Source: Octopus sinensis
Lineage: Eukaryota
Assembly: GCF_006345805.1 (NCBI RefSeq)
Contig: NC_043005.1
Location: forward strand, 14,880,001-14,944,000
Reading direction: 5' to 3'
Length of the DNA: 64,000 nucleotides
Under the pieces are notes generated by a model. That model was not told the DNA's origin. It worked only from the letters and a program-made list of their open reading frames with translations, and made no database searches. The position numbers and the translations under genes are program-made. Within the stretch, counting starts at the first letter, position 1. Every line of letters begins with the position of its first letter. Positions 49,514-60,029 of this stretch are shown here, in pieces.

Positions 49514-51727
49514 TACACACACACACGATGGGCTTCTTTCAGTTTCCTTCTACTAAATCCACTCACAAGGTTTTGGTCATCCTGAGGCTATAGTAGAAGA
49601 CATTTGCCTAAGGTGCCACGCAGTGGGACTGAACCCGGAACCATGTGGTTAGTAAGTAAGCTACTTACCACACAGCCACTCCTACGGCTAAAAGGTACAA
49701 CTCATTTTCAGAATTGCATGAATAGTTTTTTGCTTTCCCTGTCAAACATCCTGATTTCTATAGTGAACAGCTTGGTTTTAATTCTAATTCAAATTTAGTT
49801 CACCTCATTTTTATTTTTTATTGTTCTTTTGTTGTATTAATTGGTTGGAAGTGGAGTGGCAGTGCTTCTGTTTTTGTACATCCTCCCTAATTAGTGAGAA
49901 TTATCAAGTTGATGTTCAGCTTGAACTTTGTGAGTTTGTTCCTGCATGGAATTAACTCCAGAAGTGGGTTTCAGCTTAGGGAAGAAGATTCTTCCCTAAG
50001 TGCTGAGTGGCTTGTAGGATCTGAGTTTGGTGAATGTAGAGTAGTGGTGGTGGTGGTGGTGAATACATTAAAAAGGAAGGGAGCTGGTGCAGCAGGAAGG
50101 TTGAGTTGGAGAGCAGCATGTATCATGTTAGTTTAAGGGAGCAGTAGCTGTTGCAGTGAAAATAGAAGTCAGTGTTGTTGATTAGCATCTCTGTAATCCC
50201 CGATTGGGCTGACTGACGTGATCAGTGACACATCAGTTGTGACTTTCTTGCTTTTTCAGGGGTTATGTAGGATTACCTTATTTAATGTGAGGGAGATTTG
50301 AACTGGCTTCCATGCCGGTGGCACGTAAAAAGCACCATTTGATCATGATCGTTACCAGCGTCGCCTTACCGGCTCTTGTGCTGGTGGCACATGAAAAAAC
50401 ATTCATGCGAGGTTGTTGTCTGTGCTGCTGGACTGGCTCCTGAGCAGGTGGCACATAAAAAACACCATTTGATCATGGCTATTGCTAGTGCCACCTGACT
50501 GGCCCTCATGCCAGTGGCACGTAGAAGCACCCACTACACTCTCGGAGTGGTTGGCGTTAGGAAGGGCATCCAGCTGTAGAAACTCTGCCAGATCAGATTG
50601 GAGCCTGGTGCAGCCATCTGGTTCGCCAGTCCTCAGTCAAATTGTCCAACCCATGCTAGCATGGAAAGCAGACATTAAACGTGACTTTGTAGAGACTTCC
50701 TTGTGTGTTGATGAATGAGTAGGTCTATGCTAATCAACCAAATGGTCTTCTTTTGGAAGTGATCTAGGATGTGTGTGTATGCAAACACTGTCTTAGATAT
50801 TGGAGTTATATTCTAAGGTAAATGTAATACTAGCAACAGCTAAGAAGAAAAGTTTTTCTGGCCTTTGTGAAGAGGAAAACTCCTCTTTATAACACTTTGG
50901 CAGTGCTATAAAAATGTGAGGTCAGATTTGAAGAAACATGTGAACATCATTTTCAATTTTCTTAAAATATTTGTCAAAATAAAACCAAAAGCTATTCAAT
51001 ATTGAGGTATTAATATCCAGAGAGAAATTCTCTATGGTTGATCGAGATGCTGGAAATAGCAGCTAAATCTCATGCATATCATATCTTCCATTTTATAAAC
51101 TAAAAACTACACTATACTAAAAAGCAAGGCATGCTCATGGCTGGGATGCCTTTAATCATATATCTGCTAGATTTATCTTCGGGAGTGATTAACAACAGTC
51201 ATCACCAGTATCTTATTTACTACACATTTACATTCATAGTTACACCTGATATAAGGTTTTGTTCACTTTGCCTTGGTTATAATTTATTATTTTGTTTGTG
51301 ATTGCAGGAGTTTGAGGATGCTTGCCGAAGAGAAAGCTCAAGTGGAAAAGAAGATGGAGGAAGACCATAGACGTGAAAGTTAATATTTTCTGAGATTAAT
51401 TATATAAGTGCAGGCATAGAAACTGTGTAGTTAAGAAGTTAGCTTTACAATCACAAAATTTATATGACCTTTCGGGGAAAAAGCCTTTAACTATAGTCTT
51501 AAGATGACCAATGCTTTGTACATGGAATTTGTTAACTAGAAACTGTGTTGAAATATATTTTGTGTGTGCACATATGTGTGTATGTGTGTGTGTGTATTTG
51601 TGAATGTCTACCTGTGTAAACAGGTGTAAAATAATATTTTTGAGCTGTGTCTATTTACATCAATAGGTTACTTAATTATTTGGTAAATCAATCAATAGAG
51701 TATCAGATTCACATAAGTACTGGGGTG

Positions 51728-51771
<44 letters not shown>

Positions 51772-53813
51772 GCGCCCTTTTCAAGCCTAGCCAGGCTCAT
51801 GGGCCCGGTTTCCTGGTTTCTATGGCGTATGTGTTCTCCCCAGCTGGACGGGACGCCAGTCCATTGCAGCGTTACTCAAGAAACAGGAAGAAAGAGTGAG
51901 AGAAAGTTGGGGCGAAAAAGTACAACAGGGGTCGCCACCACCCCCTGCTGGAGCCTCGGGGAGCTTTAGGTGTTTTTGCTCAATGAACATACACAACGCC
52001 TGGTCTGGGAATCAAAACTGCGATCCTCTGACCGCGAGTCCGCTGCCCTAACCACTGGGCCATTGCGCCTCCACTGGGGTGATGCACTTAACTAAAATGT
52101 TTGAAAACTGTATCCCAGAATGCTGCAGTCTAATAGGTGAAATCAGTAAAAGAATATAAGTGCTGCAGATGGTTGAGTCTTTTAGTTACCAGACAAGTAA
52201 CCCAAACACTGAAGTTCATATTGTGAAAATACCGAGCATACACAACCAAGACACTTTACTCTCAACATTGCTCAGTCTCCTTCATTGTCTGGCACATTGT
52301 ACTGCACAGTGGAATAAACTAGAAGATTATGCCACAGGGTGGTTCAATGTGTTTTATAGTCAAAGAGTAGCAGTCTGTATTTTGTGATTGGCATTGTACA
52401 TCATCTATAGCCATAACATAAGTCTATCTAGCTGTAAGCAAACACTGCCTTGGTATTAAGATCTCTGCTGTAAGTAGAAGCAGCAGCCTTTTGTAAAATT
52501 AATCAGTTATTGATTTTGTAGTCTGAAGAGAAATTGGGGATAAATACTGGTCCTGTAAATTGTTATAATTCAGAAAATCCTTAACTAATCTTGTGCTGTA
52601 TTTAATAATAATGAAATGATTGTATACAGTGCTCAGGTGCACCACAACTTGTCAAAAAGTGCGTATAAAGCATATGTAGTAATGTACAAATGTCTGGAAA
52701 GTGAATAATGTATGAGTCAGATACATGCTTGTGTGTGTATGGAGGGGAGAAAATCAGGTGTAGTGTTGACGAATCTCAGAAAGCATGGAAGTTTTGAAGG
52801 ATGCAGTGCTCCGACAACTAACAACTGATGCAGGCAGTTTGTTCCATGCTTCAGCAACTCTTAGCGTGAAAAAATGTTTCCTGAAGTCATGGGAGCTGTG
52901 CTGTTTTCTGACTTTGTAAATATGTCCACGGGTGTTAGACGGGTGGAGTTTGAAAAGGTGCTCAGAGTTATTGTTTGTAAGATGGTTGATAATTTTATGG
53001 GTGTCTGCCAGGTCAGCTGCCAGACGTCGGAGTTTCAATGTGTCCATGCCCAGGGAAGTAAGGCGTTCAGAATATGGCAAATGCCTGATGGAGGGTATTC
53101 TTTTGGTTGCACGTCGCTGAACGGCTTCCAGACGATTAATATCCTGGGCAAGATAAGGGTTCCAGACCGGTGATGCAAATTCCAGGTGAGGTCTTACCAT
53201 AGCTATATAAAGCCGTAGATAGATAGCCGGAGAGCGGCTCACAAAGGACTTGGTGAGTGATGCCAAGACACCCTCAGCCTTCTTGGCAATTTTAGTGATG
53301 TGTTTTGTCCAACGCAAATCGCTGTCGGCAATAACACAATATTTCTTGTAGTTAACATATATAATGCTCCCTGCGTCAAATGTGTTAACACTAACTTAAC
53401 ATATTTAATGATCTTGAAAGAGTAATTTATTCTCTAAATATTTCTATTTATTTTCACCTTCAACTGTACAGTTTTATTATTTCTTTAGTAATTCCCTCCT
53501 TACTTCTTTGGTAGTGATGGTGAAGTTTATGCTTTGCTGATGGGGGACTAAAACTGGAACATATCCAGATTTGTTTCCTATGCTTTATGAAAGTACCAAA
53601 GACAATATTGGTCAGTGATTAATAAGAACATTTATATTGGTTTTTAAACATTAATTTGCAACAGTCTTGGAACTTCAGCTTCAGCTTTTAACTTTGGAGA
53701 AACATGTCGATGAAGAGAAATTACAGAACCAGTTGCAGATGCATCACCATGAACATGTAATTAAGGATCTGAAGAATGAACAAGAATATCTGGTGAAGGA
53801 CCTTGGTAAAAGG
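24508..53813 (+). CDS. CCDC14: CCDC14-like coiled-coil protein, 3'-incomplete: join(24508..24556,34931..34943,36018..36091,40880..40987,42741..44126,45565..45706,51308..51378,53665..53813)
   Basis: The proposed exons join in frame (1992 nt, 664 aa, no stop). AKTLKFIINELKETCKSTNHREIIRMVNQLEDLVNTLPQLQDTFDLQTEFCLALQPLRTENNRLHKSLRML aligns by eye with recalled human CCDC14 [77 protein letters not shown] matches LCTSTP. The first four exons have only splice and frame support. Confidence 0.8.
24806..24965. repeat. Palindromic AT-rich array of alternating (TTA)n and (TAA)n blocks
   Basis: Repeating ttattattattgataataataataa units, read directly. Confidence 0.9.
26800..27520 (-). mobile_element. CR1 fragment interrupted by a full-length SINE B (about 26926-27321)
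   Basis: Both flanks match contiguous sequence of the 52604-53340 copy; aagat is duplicated at the SINE junctions. Confidence 0.85.
30911..31312. mobile_element. 402-bp MITE, 30-bp TIRs beginning GG, 8-bp TSD GGGAAGAT (Merlin-like signature)
   Basis: ggatcttttcggtttgaacggcagtttttt versus aaaaaactgctggtcaaaccgaaaagatcc (28/30); GGGAAGAT at 30903-30910 and 31313-31320. Confidence 0.85.
34462..34773. repeat. Local tandem duplication, period 156 bp, near-identical copies
   Basis: ttagaaattatta.. begins at 34465 and 34621. Confidence 0.9.
34931..34943 (+). CDS. CCDC14: Putative 13-nt microexon of CCDC14-like (alternative 23-nt form from 34921)
   Basis: Long pyrimidine tract 34880-34914, two AGs (ending 34920 and 34930), strong AAG|gtaagc donor. 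The 13-nt form links the phase-1 upstream exon to the phase-2 downstream exon. Confidence 0.45.
35315..35715 (+). mobile_element. tRNA-derived SINE family B (CORE-like GCACCTTGGGCAAGTGTCTT, internal (TA)/(TG) microsatellite, tail GACTGAAACAAGTAAAAGAG)
   Basis: A box GTGGCTGTGTGG, B box GGGTTCAGTCC. Copies at 16915-17295 -, 26926-27321 -, 28080-28445 +, 28835-29205 -, 29210-29605 -, 30098-30492 +, 32003-32360 +, 32989-33300 +, 38666-39045 +, 46128-46525 -, 54486-54850 +, 63040-63425 -; half copies at 12370-12530, 48185-48400, 49525-49685 and 55068-55170. Confidence 0.88.
36018..36091 (+). CDS. CCDC14: CCDC14-like exon (HDANQKNKEMTPKPKRKVMLAGKR), 74 nt, phase 2-1
   Basis: Pyrimidine tract plus ttatag acceptor, gtaggc donor; frame fits the next exon. 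Confidence 0.55.
36298..36912 (-). mobile_element. 5'-truncated RTE copy retaining the end of ORF2 plus 3' UTR
   Basis: Minus strand reads GRPRKTWNEVVEHDLRRLGL near 36850-36910, followed by the family A UTR and (GAT)n. Confidence 0.85.
40880..40987 (+). CDS. CCDC14: CCDC14-like exon (LVGSTTDSSGTTEHTYRSASPRLINRIETQKPTSK), 108 nt, phase 1-1
   Basis: Strong pyrimidine tract, catttag acceptor, G|gtttac donor, open in the required frame. Confidence 0.7.
42741..44126 (+). CDS. CCDC14: CCDC14-like large exon, 1386 nt, phase 1-1, Ser/Thr/Pro/Asn-rich, ending in AKTLKFIINELKETCKST
   Basis: ORF 42713..44170; ttcacag acceptor and A|gtaagt donor; the C-terminal end matches the start of the CCDC14 conserved region. 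Confidence 0.88.
44176..44295. repeat. Older dispersed repeat family E (gtttagcccaggtcag..tgatcaaaggcatt..ctaggactacattgtcca..gctatttctag)
   Basis: Degenerate similar segments at about 2452-2640, 19365-19460, 20400-20560, 25340-25480, 26460-26610, 44790-44950, 51035-51180 and 54230-54340; class not determined. Confidence 0.5.
44310..44660 (-). mobile_element. Family A / RTE 3' end copy
   Basis: Extended UTR; inverted partner at 45730-46110. Confidence 0.85.
45166..45352 (+). mobile_element. 5' end of another mariner element (TIR-like cgggtgagctgaaaagttc, leader, start MDE)
   Basis: Mariner-like terminus after (CA)n; truncated just after the ATG. Confidence 0.5.
45565..45706 (+). CDS. CCDC14: CCDC14-like exon (HREIIRMVNQLEDL...LALQPLRTENNRLH), 142 nt, phase 1-2
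   Basis: gtttag acceptor, AA|gtaagt donor; LALQPLRTEN matches CCDC14 [10 protein letters not shown]. Confidence 0.9.
45730..46110 (+). mobile_element. Family A / RTE 3' end copy starting 23 nt after a CCDC14 donor
   Basis: Extended UTR complementary to 44310-44660. Confidence 0.85.
46600..47260 (-). mobile_element. Highly degenerate mariner transposase remnant
   Basis: Minus strand reads FESLEHPAYNPDLAPS.YHLF..LKRPLQG..EVQEAVHKWL..KCI at 46640-46870, and a decayed HTH VCEWIKKF near 47230-47250. Confidence 0.75.
47551..47778. mobile_element. piggyBac-like MITE ending ggtaatgaaagggttaa; partial opposite-strand copy at about 22645-22765
   Basis: TTAA-bounded; shared internal sequence (ctctgtgtttcttt..aattactttaaatataacaa.gaatttagt) between the two sites. 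Confidence 0.6.
48402..48719 (+). pseudogene. Orphan exon of a USP26/USP29/USP37-type ubiquitin-specific protease (QDAHE box region) inside a CCDC14 intron
   Basis: MANLL...LLGNVREAISTVGTHFLSNDMQDAHECLNQVLDCLKEEGVKL...NPTVQNFEFDINRSITCK aligns with recalled human USP37 FAHLL...LLKKVKNAISATAERFSGYMQNDAHEFLSQCLDQLKEDMEKL...CPVITNLEFEVQHSIICK. No stops; ends at CG|gtaaaa. Cys-box and His-box exons were not seen in the window. Confidence 0.8.
51308..51378 (+). CDS. CCDC14: CCDC14-like exon (SLRMLAEEKAQVEKKMEEDHRRE), phase 2-1; alternative same-phase donor after 51372
   Basis: attgcag acceptor; SLRML matches QLRIL; two possible donors 6 nt apart (gtgaaa, gttaat). Confidence 0.8.
51770..52075 (-). 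mobile_element. SINE family D variant with a different tRNA head and middle but the same core and tail
   Basis: Shares about 110 bp of tail and core with 319-564, then diverges into a different tRNA-like head (tggaggcgcaatggcccagtggttagg on minus). Confidence 0.7.
52604..53340 (-). mobile_element. 5'-truncated CR1/L2-clade LINE, intact ORF2 C-terminal 187+ aa
   Basis: DSDLRWTKH...VRPHLEFASPVWNPY..DINRLEAVQRRATK..LPYSERL..LRRLAADL..TRGH..R..FFTLRV...WNKLP, typical of the CR1 RT C-terminus. Confidence 0.92.
53665..53813 (+). CDS. CCDC14: CCDC14-like exon (LELQLQLLTLEKHVDEEKLQNQLQM...KDLGKR), 149 nt, phase 1-0, coiled-coil-like
   Basis: gcaacag acceptor, AGG|gtaagt donor; heptad-like Leu/Gln/Glu composition. 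Later exons were not found in the window. Confidence 0.8.
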
Positions 53814-53851
53814 GTAAGTTAGTTAATGACTCCTTCTTCTATTGTTGGCAA

Positions 53852-54071
53852 GGATGATGTTGGTGGTGGTGGTGATGGTGGTGATGGTGATGGTGGTGAT
53901 GTTGGTGGTGGTGGTGGTGGTGGTGGTGGTGGTGGTGGTGGTGGTGGTGGTGATGGTGGTGGTGGTGATGGTGGTGGTGGTGGTGGTGATGATGTTGGTG
54001 GTGGTGATGGTGGTGGTGGTGATGGTGATGTTGGTGGTGGTGGTGATGGTGGTGGTGATGTTGGTGGTGGT
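53852..54071 (+). repeat. (GGT)n/(GAT)n microsatellite, about 220 bp
   Basis: Read directly; source of the poly-G, poly-V and poly-H pseudo-ORFs. Confidence 0.95.
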
Positions 54072-55168
54072 GTATAGTGATAGTCATGGTGCAGTGTTGA
54101 AGGTTTGATGATGATGGTGACATGGTATGGAAGTGGTGTCTATTGATAATAGGGGTGATATAGTGTTGTTTGTGATGCATGGTGGTGGAGGTCTAGGCGA
54201 TATGGTACATAGTGAGTTGATGATGACTCTTTTTGTTTAGCTTCAGATTAACTCTGATTAAGCAAACCTCTAATTGAAGACATAGCATTCCAATCATGAC
54301 TGTCTCATTTTTTTTGTCCTTTAGGTATACCCCACCCTTACATTATTCTATGTGTCTTTTTTTACTTTTTAAGGTTGCAGAAATAATGTAGTCCTAGATC
54401 TGAAACCACAATCTTGTAATTATGAATGCAGCACTCTAGCCTCTAGACCATGTGCCCTCGTATATATAATTAATATATATATATAGGCGCAGGAGTGGCT
54501 GTGTGGTAAGAAGCTTGCTTCCAACTACATGGTTCTGGGTTCAATCCCACTGCGTGGCACTTTGGGCAAGTGTCTTCTACTATAGCCTCAGGCTGACCAA
54601 AGCTTCGTGACTGGATTTTGTAGATGGAAACTGAAAGAATCCTGTCGTGTGTGTGTGTGTATTTGCATCTGTGTTTGTCCTCCACCATTGCTTGACAACT
54701 GATGTTGGTGTGTTTATGTTCCTGTAACATAGCGGTTTGGCAAAAGGCACCGATAGAATAAGTACTGGGCTTACAAAGAATGTCTTGGGGGTCAACTAAA
54801 GGCAGTGCTCCAGTATGACCGCAGTCAAATGACTGAAACAAATAAAAGAAAAGAATATATATATATATATATATATATATAAGTAAATAAATGGTACAAT
54901 GAAGTACCGATATTTATTGGAAAATAGCAATCGTAATAAATATGACGCTATTGTATAGCTTCACTGCGTATGTACTAGCAAAGACGCGTGTGTGCAACAA
55001 ACATGAAAAAAATTTGTCTTACCTCTAGGAAGAACATCTGAAAAATGGAAAACCTAGAAAAGGATAATGTAAGTAGCTTGCTTACCAACCACATGGTTCT
55101 GGGTTCAGTCCCACTGTGTGGCACTTTGGCAAGTGTCTTCTACTATAGCCTCAGGCTGACCAAAACCT

Positions 55169-55205
<37 letters not shown>

Positions 55206-55401
55206 TCATCATCATCATCATCGTCGTTTAACGTCCGTTCTCCATGCTAGCATGGGTTGGACGGTTCGACCAGGGTTCTGGGAAGCCAGAAGGCTGCACC
55301 AGGCTCCAGTCTAATTTGGCAATGTTTCTACAGCTGGATGCCCTTCCTAACGCCAACCACTCCGTGAGTGTAGTGGGTGCTTTTTACGTGCCACCTGCAC
55401 A

Positions 55402-55448
<47 letters not shown>

Positions 55449-55450
<2 letters not shown>

Positions 55451-55798
55451 AAATTTAGAGGTATGACCACTAAAGTGGACACCCTATATGCTAAAAATAG
55501 ACATCAAATCATCATTACCATGAAGAATGTATTCTCATGAAAAAAATCTCAGCAAAACACCAAAATGTAAAAAATGAGCAAGACAAATGAAAACATACGA
55601 AATAAAAACGATTACCTACCTACCATTGGTTTGACTTGTTAATATCTACGTATGCAAATATGCAGATATCTGCAAGATCGTCAGCATAGTCTGTCGCTTA
55701 CAAAACACAATTTTCAGAACGCTCAACCAAAATCGCAATTTAACGTCTATGTTTAGCATATAGGGTGTCCACTTTAGTGGTCATTCCTCTAAATTTTG
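55449..55798. mobile_element. 350-bp Tc1/mariner-type MITE with TIRs of about 61 bp
   Basis: caaaatttagaggtatgaccactaaagtggacaccctatatgctaaaaatagac.. has a reverse complement at about 55738-55798 with 4 mismatches; TA at the right end, left end merged into (CA)n. Confidence 0.85.
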
Positions 55799-56293
55799 TA
55801 TGTATCATAATTTTTAATCTTTGGATTTTTAAAAATATGCTAAGCCACTGGTTTTAATTGATTAACATCAATTTCTACCCTTATTATTTAATTTTATATA
55901 TAGATATAAGTATAGAAGGTAATGCTCCAGCATGACCACAATTCCATAACTGAATCCTTTTGCATGAAAGAAAGCCCATTATACAGGCATGCCTCAGCTT
56001 ACATTGTTCCAAGTTACATCTTTTGAAAATTTACAAAATTTTTTTAAAGCAGTTAATGAAGAAAATAAACTTTGATTGATGTATCTGACTTTATGCCAGT
56101 CTCAACAGGCATATCTAAAAACCAAATCTAAACTGGAAAACCAAATAAAAACACTTGTGAAAATATGTATAAACCATTTATTAAAACAGATATAAGCTAA
56201 TAAAATATTTATTATGTTGTTTTTTTTTTTTGCGTTACATCGTTTTTCAAATGAAGTTGTATATCTTGGAACCAATTGCCAACGTAAGATGAG

Positions 56294-56324
<31 letters not shown>

Positions 56325-57105
56325 TTGGTTAATCAATGAAATTGCTAAAGTAGTAATTGTTTAGCAAATGACTTTATTTGAAACTGTGTTTGGAGACTAG
56401 AGCAGTTACATCATGAGGGATACATTTTTACCATTGAAGAAGGCATAAAAAATGTCATTCACTTTTCATTTGTTTCTTGGTGTCAAAATTTTCATTACAT
56501 AGCGACTAATTCCACTGTAACAATGTAAATGATATATATTACACACGCACACACACACATGTATATATAAAATAATAATTGTAGGGAATATAATTCCAAA
56601 CTTACAGGAAAATAATTCAATTTAGCAATTCTAAATCAAATTTCTCAAGCACCTCTTCAAACTCCACCCATCTAACACCCGTGGACATATTTACAAAGTA
56701 AGAAAACAGCACAGCTCCCATGACTTCAGGAAACATTTTTTCACGCTTAGAGTTGCTGAAGCCAAGAACAAACTGCCGGCATCGGTTGTTAGTTGTTGGA
56801 GCACTGCATCCTTCAAAACTTCCATGCTTCCTGAGATTCGCCAACACTACACTTGATTTTCTCCCCTCCATACACACACAAGCATGTTCACTTTCCAGAC
56901 ATTTGTACATTACTGCATGTACTTTATATGCACTTTCTGACAAGTTGTGGTGCACCTGAGCACTGTATACAATAATTTCATTATTATTATTATTATAATA
57001 TATGTATATAATTTAGAGAAAACACCCTAACCACTAAGCCATGCCCCTTCACATACACACATGCACACACATACACACGCACACACATACACACATGCAC
57101 ACACA

Positions 57106-58769
57106 CAGGGTTTACCAAAAGTCACCTGACAGTAAATCAAAACCATTTAATTCCAAGATTTATTTGTTTAACATCATCATCATTGTCGTTTAACATCCGC
57201 TTTCCATGCTGGTATGGGTTGGACGGTTTGACTGAGGGCTGGCAAGCCAGAAGGCTATATCAGGCTGCAATCCGATCTGGCAAAGTTTCTCCAGCTAGAT
57301 GCGCTTCCTTACACCACCCACTCTGAGAGTGTAGTGGCTGCTTTTTACATGCCTCTGGCATGGGGGTCAGTCAGGCAGCACTGGCAGCAACCACGCTTGA
57401 ATGGTGCTTTTTACATTCCACTGGCACGGGACTAGTCAGGTGGCATTTGCATCGACCACACTCGAATGGTGCTTTTAATGTACCACTGACACTGGTGCCA
57501 ATCAGGCTGTACTGTCATCAGCCATGACAACGATTTCATTTGCCTCAGCAGGTCTTCACAAGTGCAGTTTATTGCCCAAGAGTACTCTTAAATGGGCTGG
57601 TTATGCTGCACTGGCATAGGTCATGGTTACGGTCTCACTTGGCTTGCCAGGTCTTCTCAAGTGCAGCATATCTCCAAAGGTCTTGGTCACTTGCCATTGC
57701 CTTAATGAGGCCCAATGTTTGAAGGTTGTACTTCACCACCTCATCCTAGGTCTTCCTCTTCCACAGGTTCCCTCTACTGCTAGGGTTTGACACTTTTTCA
57801 CACAGCTGTCCTCATCCATTCACAACATATGACCATACCAGCACAGTCGACTCTCTTGCACACCACATTTGATGCTTTTTATGTCCAACATTTCTCTCAG
57901 GGTGCTTACACTCTGCCCTGTATGCACACTGACATTACACATCCAGCGGAGCATACTGCTTCATTCCTTGCAAGCTTACACATGTCCTCAGCAGTCATGG
58001 CCCATGTTTCACTGCCATGTATTATGGTAGTTCACACACATGCGTCATACTGTCTACCTTTTACTCTGAGTGAGAGGCCATTGTCACCAGCAGGGGTAGG
58101 AGCTTTCTGCGCTTCGCCCAGGCTATTCTTATTCTAGCAGCTACACTTTCAGAGCATCCACCCCTGCTACTGACTTGGTCACCTAGGTAACGGAAGTTAT
58201 CAACTACTTGTAGTTTTTTCCCCTGGAATGCACCAAAAGGTGTTTTCAGCTCATTTCCAGTGTTTATTGCTACTGAGCATTTGCCACGCACAAAAACTAT
58301 CTTTCCAGTTAACCTTCCTTTAATATTGCTGCACCTCTTATGTGTCCATAGCTTACACTGGTTACATCTTATGGAGTTTCTACTTATGCCTTTTCTACAG
58401 ATCGAACAGGGCTATCTACATGAAAGGATTTGTGGTTTGTTTGCCTTCCTACATATTAAGACTGTTTTTGCTAGGTTGACTCTAAGGCCCTTTGAATCTA
58501 GACCTTGCTTCCACACCTGAGATTCCTCCTCTTGTTCTGAGAGTGACTCAGCTATTAGAGCAAGGTCATCAGCATAGAGAAGCTCCCAGGGGCATCCTGT
58601 CTTGAATTCCTGAATGAATTTAATAAAAGCATGTAAATATGAAATATCATGAAATTTGTTCAAACTGAAGTCCTTCTTGAGTGACACATTTTCCATCCAA
58701 GTCAATACAGAATTGCAGATAGTATTTATGGAATTTTGATTTACTGTTGGGTGACTTTGGCCAACCCTG
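57106..58769. mobile_element. Tc1/mariner-type MITE (about 225 bp of its own sequence) split by the RTE insertion
   Basis: cagggtttaccaaaagtcacctgacagtaaatcaaaa (from 57106) versus ttttgatttactgttgggtgactttggccaaccctg (ending 58769) followed by TA. Confidence 0.75.
57173..58612 (-). mobile_element. 5'-truncated, degenerate RTE-clade LINE (RT C-terminus plus long 3' UTR with (GAT)n tail)
   Basis: QEFKTGCPWELLYADDLALIAES..WKQGLDSKGLRVNLAKT; VDNFRYLGDQVS..GGCSESVAARIRIAWAK; GRGRP near the ORF end; frameshifts present; the 3' UTR equals the abundant family A repeat. Confidence 0.9.
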
Positions 58770-60029
58770 TATGTGTATTATATATACACACACACACACT
58801 ATTCTTTTATTTGCTTGCTTTATTTGGTTATTGGATTACAACCGTACTTTTTCATCATCTTAAGGGTTTTAGTCAATCATATTAACCCTAGTACTTATAA
58901 TGATTTCTGTTTGAACATTGAAGTAACATGACATAGAAGCACCAAAACATAATCTGCACCAGTAAGCATACACACACACACTCTCTCTCTCTCTCTCTCT
59001 CTCACACACATACATATGAAACCTACACCAATCTGATTATATTAACAACTAGGCTAATGATACAGACATGTCAAATTTATACAGATGCATAGGGTGGCAG
59101 CTGCTTGGAATTTTGAACATCTGAAGAAAAATATCAGATTAGCATTACAATTTTACACTAGAGTGGTGGAGAATAACAGTTTTAGCATCTGCTAAAGAAA
59201 TACCAAGGGAAAATGATTTTTATTTACTGATAGTTTATCTAATCTAGAATTATATCAGTTAAGAAAAACAGGTTGTGTTAAAAGAAAAATTGAAAATCGT
59301 CATCATCGTTTAACATCCACTTTCCATGCTAGCATGGGTTGGATGATTTGACTGAGGTCTGGTGAACCAGATGGCTGCACCAGTCTCCAATCTGATCTGG
59401 CAGAGTTTCTACAGCTGGATGCCCTTCCTAACACCAACCTCTCTGAGAGTAGTGGGTGCTTTTATGTGTCGCCGGCACGATGGCCAGTCAGGCGGTATTG
59501 ACAATGGCCATGCTCAAATGGTGCTTTTTATGTGCCACCTGCACAGGAGCCAGTCCAGCGGCATTGGCAACGACCTCGCTCGAATGGTTTTTCACGTACC
59601 ACCAGGACAAATGCCAGTAAGGCGATGCAGGTAGCGATTAGGTGACGCAATACTGTTAAAAATATATTTATCTGAAAATAATATAAAAATAAGTGGTTTG
59701 GATATCAGATTGTACAGATATGGAAATCAAAAAGTAGATGGATTAGCAAAAAAATATATAAGAGAAAAAAGAGTTCAAAAGAAATGTCATATATTATATT
59801 CCATCATCATGATGGTCATTTAATGTCAACTGTTCCATGCTTGCAAGGATCATATACAATTTATTGAGGTAGATTTTGTACGGCTAGATGCTCTTCATGT
59901 TGCCAACCCTCACTGTTTTCCAAGCAAGGCTATATTTCCCCAGAACTAGATAGATTTCTCACAGAACACTGCAAATGAACAACAATGCTTGCATGATGAT
60001 GATGATGTTAATCTACAGCAATGAACCAT

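Noticed and set aside
24508-53813. Initial idea that the whole second gene is USP37
   Set aside because: Only 48402-48719 is USP-like. The flanking exons match CCDC14, and no Cys or His box exons were found.
53826-54180. Poly-Gly, poly-Val and poly-His ORFs
   Set aside because: These are frames of the (GGT)n tract inside an intron.
59248-59271. Possible small exon (ctag|..aacag|gttgtg) downstream of the last CCDC14 exon
   Set aside because: It has a stop in the phase-0 frame required by the preceding exon.
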